Origin: an uncultured archaeon
GTDB lineage: Archaea; Asgardarchaeota; Thorarchaeia; Thorarchaeales; Thorarchaeaceae
Length of the DNA: 51,128 bases
Direction: 5' to 3'
Assembly: GCA_964458565.1 (NCBI GenBank)
Contig: CAYWJO010000023.1
Coordinates: 1-51,128 of the forward strand
Shown: positions 49,405 through 51,128 of the stretch, in pieces
Numbering within the stretch: position 1 is the stretch's first letter
How the letters are laid out: each line of letters opens with the position of its first letter
The notes under the pieces: generated by a model
Databases searched by the model: none
What the model was told of the DNA's origin: nothing
Seen by the model: only the letters and a program-made list of their open reading frames with translations
Program-made: the position numbers and the translations under genes

Positions 49405-50859
49405 TTAGAACCATCGGGAAATGACAACCTTGTTCTCTGTGAAGAAATCAACTGCATCTCTGCCCTGACCATGAAGATCTCCGAAGAAAGAGTCTTTCAT
49501 ACCAGAGAACGGAAATGTAGCAATAGGAGCGGCAACACCAATGTTGATACCAATATTTCCAGCTCTGACTCTGTATTGATAGTCTCGTGCACTCTTGCCA
49601 CTCGATGTGAAAATGGATGAAGCATTACCATAGCGATTAGCGTGTATTATTTCGATTGCTTCCTCTAAATCTTTAACATGAATAATCGGGATGACAGGTC
49701 CAAATATCTCCTCACTTGCTATCCTCATATCTGGTTTGACTTTATCAAATACAGTTGGTCCAACGAAGAATCCGTTTTCATAACCAGGAACCTTAATTTC
49801 CCGACCATCAAGAAGAAGTTCAGCGCCTTCTTCAATTCCGGAGCTTATCATTCTCAAGACATTTTCCATACCACGCTTAGATGCTAATGGTCCCATTTGG
49901 ATACCCTCTTCCAAACCATTACCAACTGATAATTGTTTAGAAGCCTCAACGACAGCATTCTTCAAAGGTTCATAGATATCACCAACAGCAAGGAGGACGC
50001 CTCCTGCAAGACAACGTTGTCCGGTGCATCCATAGAAAGATGTGATAATCGCTGGAACGGATCGCTCCAGATCTGCATCTGGCATGATGGTAAGAAAATT
50101 CTTGGCACCTGCTTGAACTTGAGCACGTTTGCCAAATTCAGCACATTTCTTGTAGACCATTTTTCCAACTTGCGTGGACCCAACAAAAGACATACCAACG
50201 GTGTTAGGATTCTCAATCAATGCATTAGAGACCTCGGCTCCACCGTGCACCATGTTCAGTACACCTTTAGGCAAACCAAGATCGTGTATAATCTCGAATT
50301 GTCGAACTTGACTCATCGGAACCTGAGGAGATGGTTTTACGATGTATGTGTTTCCCGTTCCAACCGCAAAAGGCCAGAACCAAGTCGGCACCATTCCAGG
50401 AAAGTTGAAGGGAGCTAAACAGAAGAACACACCAAGTGGTTGTTTGATGACCATCTCATCAATCCCAGCTGCGATATCTTCGGAGTTGTACCCCATTTGT
50501 AAGGAAGGAATGCTTGTTGCACATTCAATGTTCTCTATGGTACGACGATATTCTCCTCTCGCTTCATCAATGGCTTTACCTTGCTCAGTGGTCAGAACTT
50601 TGCACAGTTCCTCAAAATTGTCTTCGAAAGCTGCACGTATTCTATTTAGGTGGCGTACGCGGCTGAGTGCAGGAGTAGCCCTCCAACGATCGAATGCTTT
50701 CATGCTCGAAGCGATTGCTTCTTGAACCTCATCAGGGGTACTCATAGGAGTCTTTGCAATGATTTCACCTGTTGCAGGGTTGATAACATCACTTGTCTCT
50801 TTGGATTTCGAATCGACCCACTTGCCATTGATATAATTCTTGACAACTTCCACAGTCAC
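49405..50859 (-). CDS. mmsA: CoA-acylating (methyl)malonate-semialdehyde dehydrogenase
   Basis: PFNFPGM, SFVGS, GAKN, GCTGQRCLA, EEIFGPV, FFGDLHGQGRD. Confidence 0.93.
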   Translation of the reverse strand: MTVEVVKNYINGKWVDSKSKETSDVINPATGEIIAKTPMSTPDEVQEAIASSMKAFDRWRATPALSRVRHLNRIRAAFEDNFEELCKVLTTEQGKAIDEARGEYRRTIENIECATSIPSLQMGYNSEDIAAGIDEMVIKQPLGVFFCLAPFNFPGMVPTWFWPFAVGTGNTYIVKPSPQVPMSQVRQFEIIHDLGLPKGVLNMVHGGAEVSNALIENPNTVGMSFVGSTQVGKMVYKKCAEFGKRAQVQAGAKNFLTIMPDADLERSVPAIITSFYGCTGQRCLAGGVLLAVGDIYEPLKNAVVEASKQLSVGNGLEEGIQMGPLASKRGMENVLRMISSGIEEGAELLLDGREIKVPGYENGFFVGPTVFDKVKPDMRIASEEIFGPVIPIIHVKDLEEAIEIIHANRYGNASSIFTSSGKSARDYQYRVRAGNIGINIGVAAPIATFPFSGMKDSFFGDLHGQGRDAVDFFTENKVVISRWF

Positions 50860-50930
50860 ATTTTACACATCCATTCCTAGGGAACTTTGGAGTTACTTGA
50901 ATTCCTATTTGATTGTTACGTATCAGATAA

Positions 50931-51128
50931 TCACTTTGAGTACACAAACTCTATGGCGTCATCAGGGCAAATAACAGCACATAGACCACATCCATCACAC
51001 TTCTCAGGATTGACCAATGCAACTCCATCTCTCATTTGAATTGCTACAAACCCTCCATCAGCACAGGCAACCACACACTTTTTACAGCCTGTACACGCAT
51101 CTGTTACTTTAGCGAAAATTGGGGGTAG
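50931..51128 (-). CDS. C-terminal 2x[4Fe-4S] domain (partial), probably dihydropyrimidine dehydrogenase PreA
   Basis: Manual translation LPPIFAKVTDACTGCKKCVVACADGGFVAI...CDGCGLCAVICPDDAIEFVYSK*; absent from the ORF track because it is cut by the window edge. Confidence 0.7.
   Translation of the reverse strand, partial: LPPIFAKVTDACTGCKKCVVACADGGFVAIQMRDGVALVNPEKCDGCGLCAVICPDDAIEFVYSK

Noticed and set aside
1-51128. Selenoproteins (in-frame TGA), CRISPR arrays, transposases, rRNA/tRNA
   Set aside because: The redox genes inspected have Cys or Ser codons and complete C-termini; no repeat-spacer periodicity or such genes were seen by eye

Overview
Archaeal chromosomal segment, most likely from an Asgard archaeon (Thorarchaeia-like). 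This is inferred from gene content: a stand-alone longin-like protein, 'IDLTPL' LRR proteins, orphan multi-PAS histidine kinases and giant single-pass surface proteins. I found no rRNA, tRNA, CRISPR array or transposase. The window is rich in thiol/sulfur/oxidative-stress genes: two TrxR-family flavoproteins, monothiol Grx and Trx, TusA + DsrE + DsrEFH, catalase + PerR, HxlR and three ferritin-like proteins. It also carries amino-acid catabolism and uptake genes (IorAB, class III aminotransferase, Ord-like dehydrogenase, isoaspartyl peptidase, polar amino-acid ABC transporter, MMSDH, PreA fragment) and secreted/surface proteins. The most unusual signals are non-coding. First, a ~175-nt multi-stem minus-strand RNA candidate at 38548-38725 has its own TATA-like box and U-tract, and its 5' leader is complementary to three internal segments. 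Second, a ~140-nt riboswitch-like 5' leader at 14199-14340, in front of a 1935-aa surface protein, has mutually exclusive helices that hide or free the Shine-Dalgarno sequence. All protein calls come from motif recognition by eye; no searches or folding programs were run.
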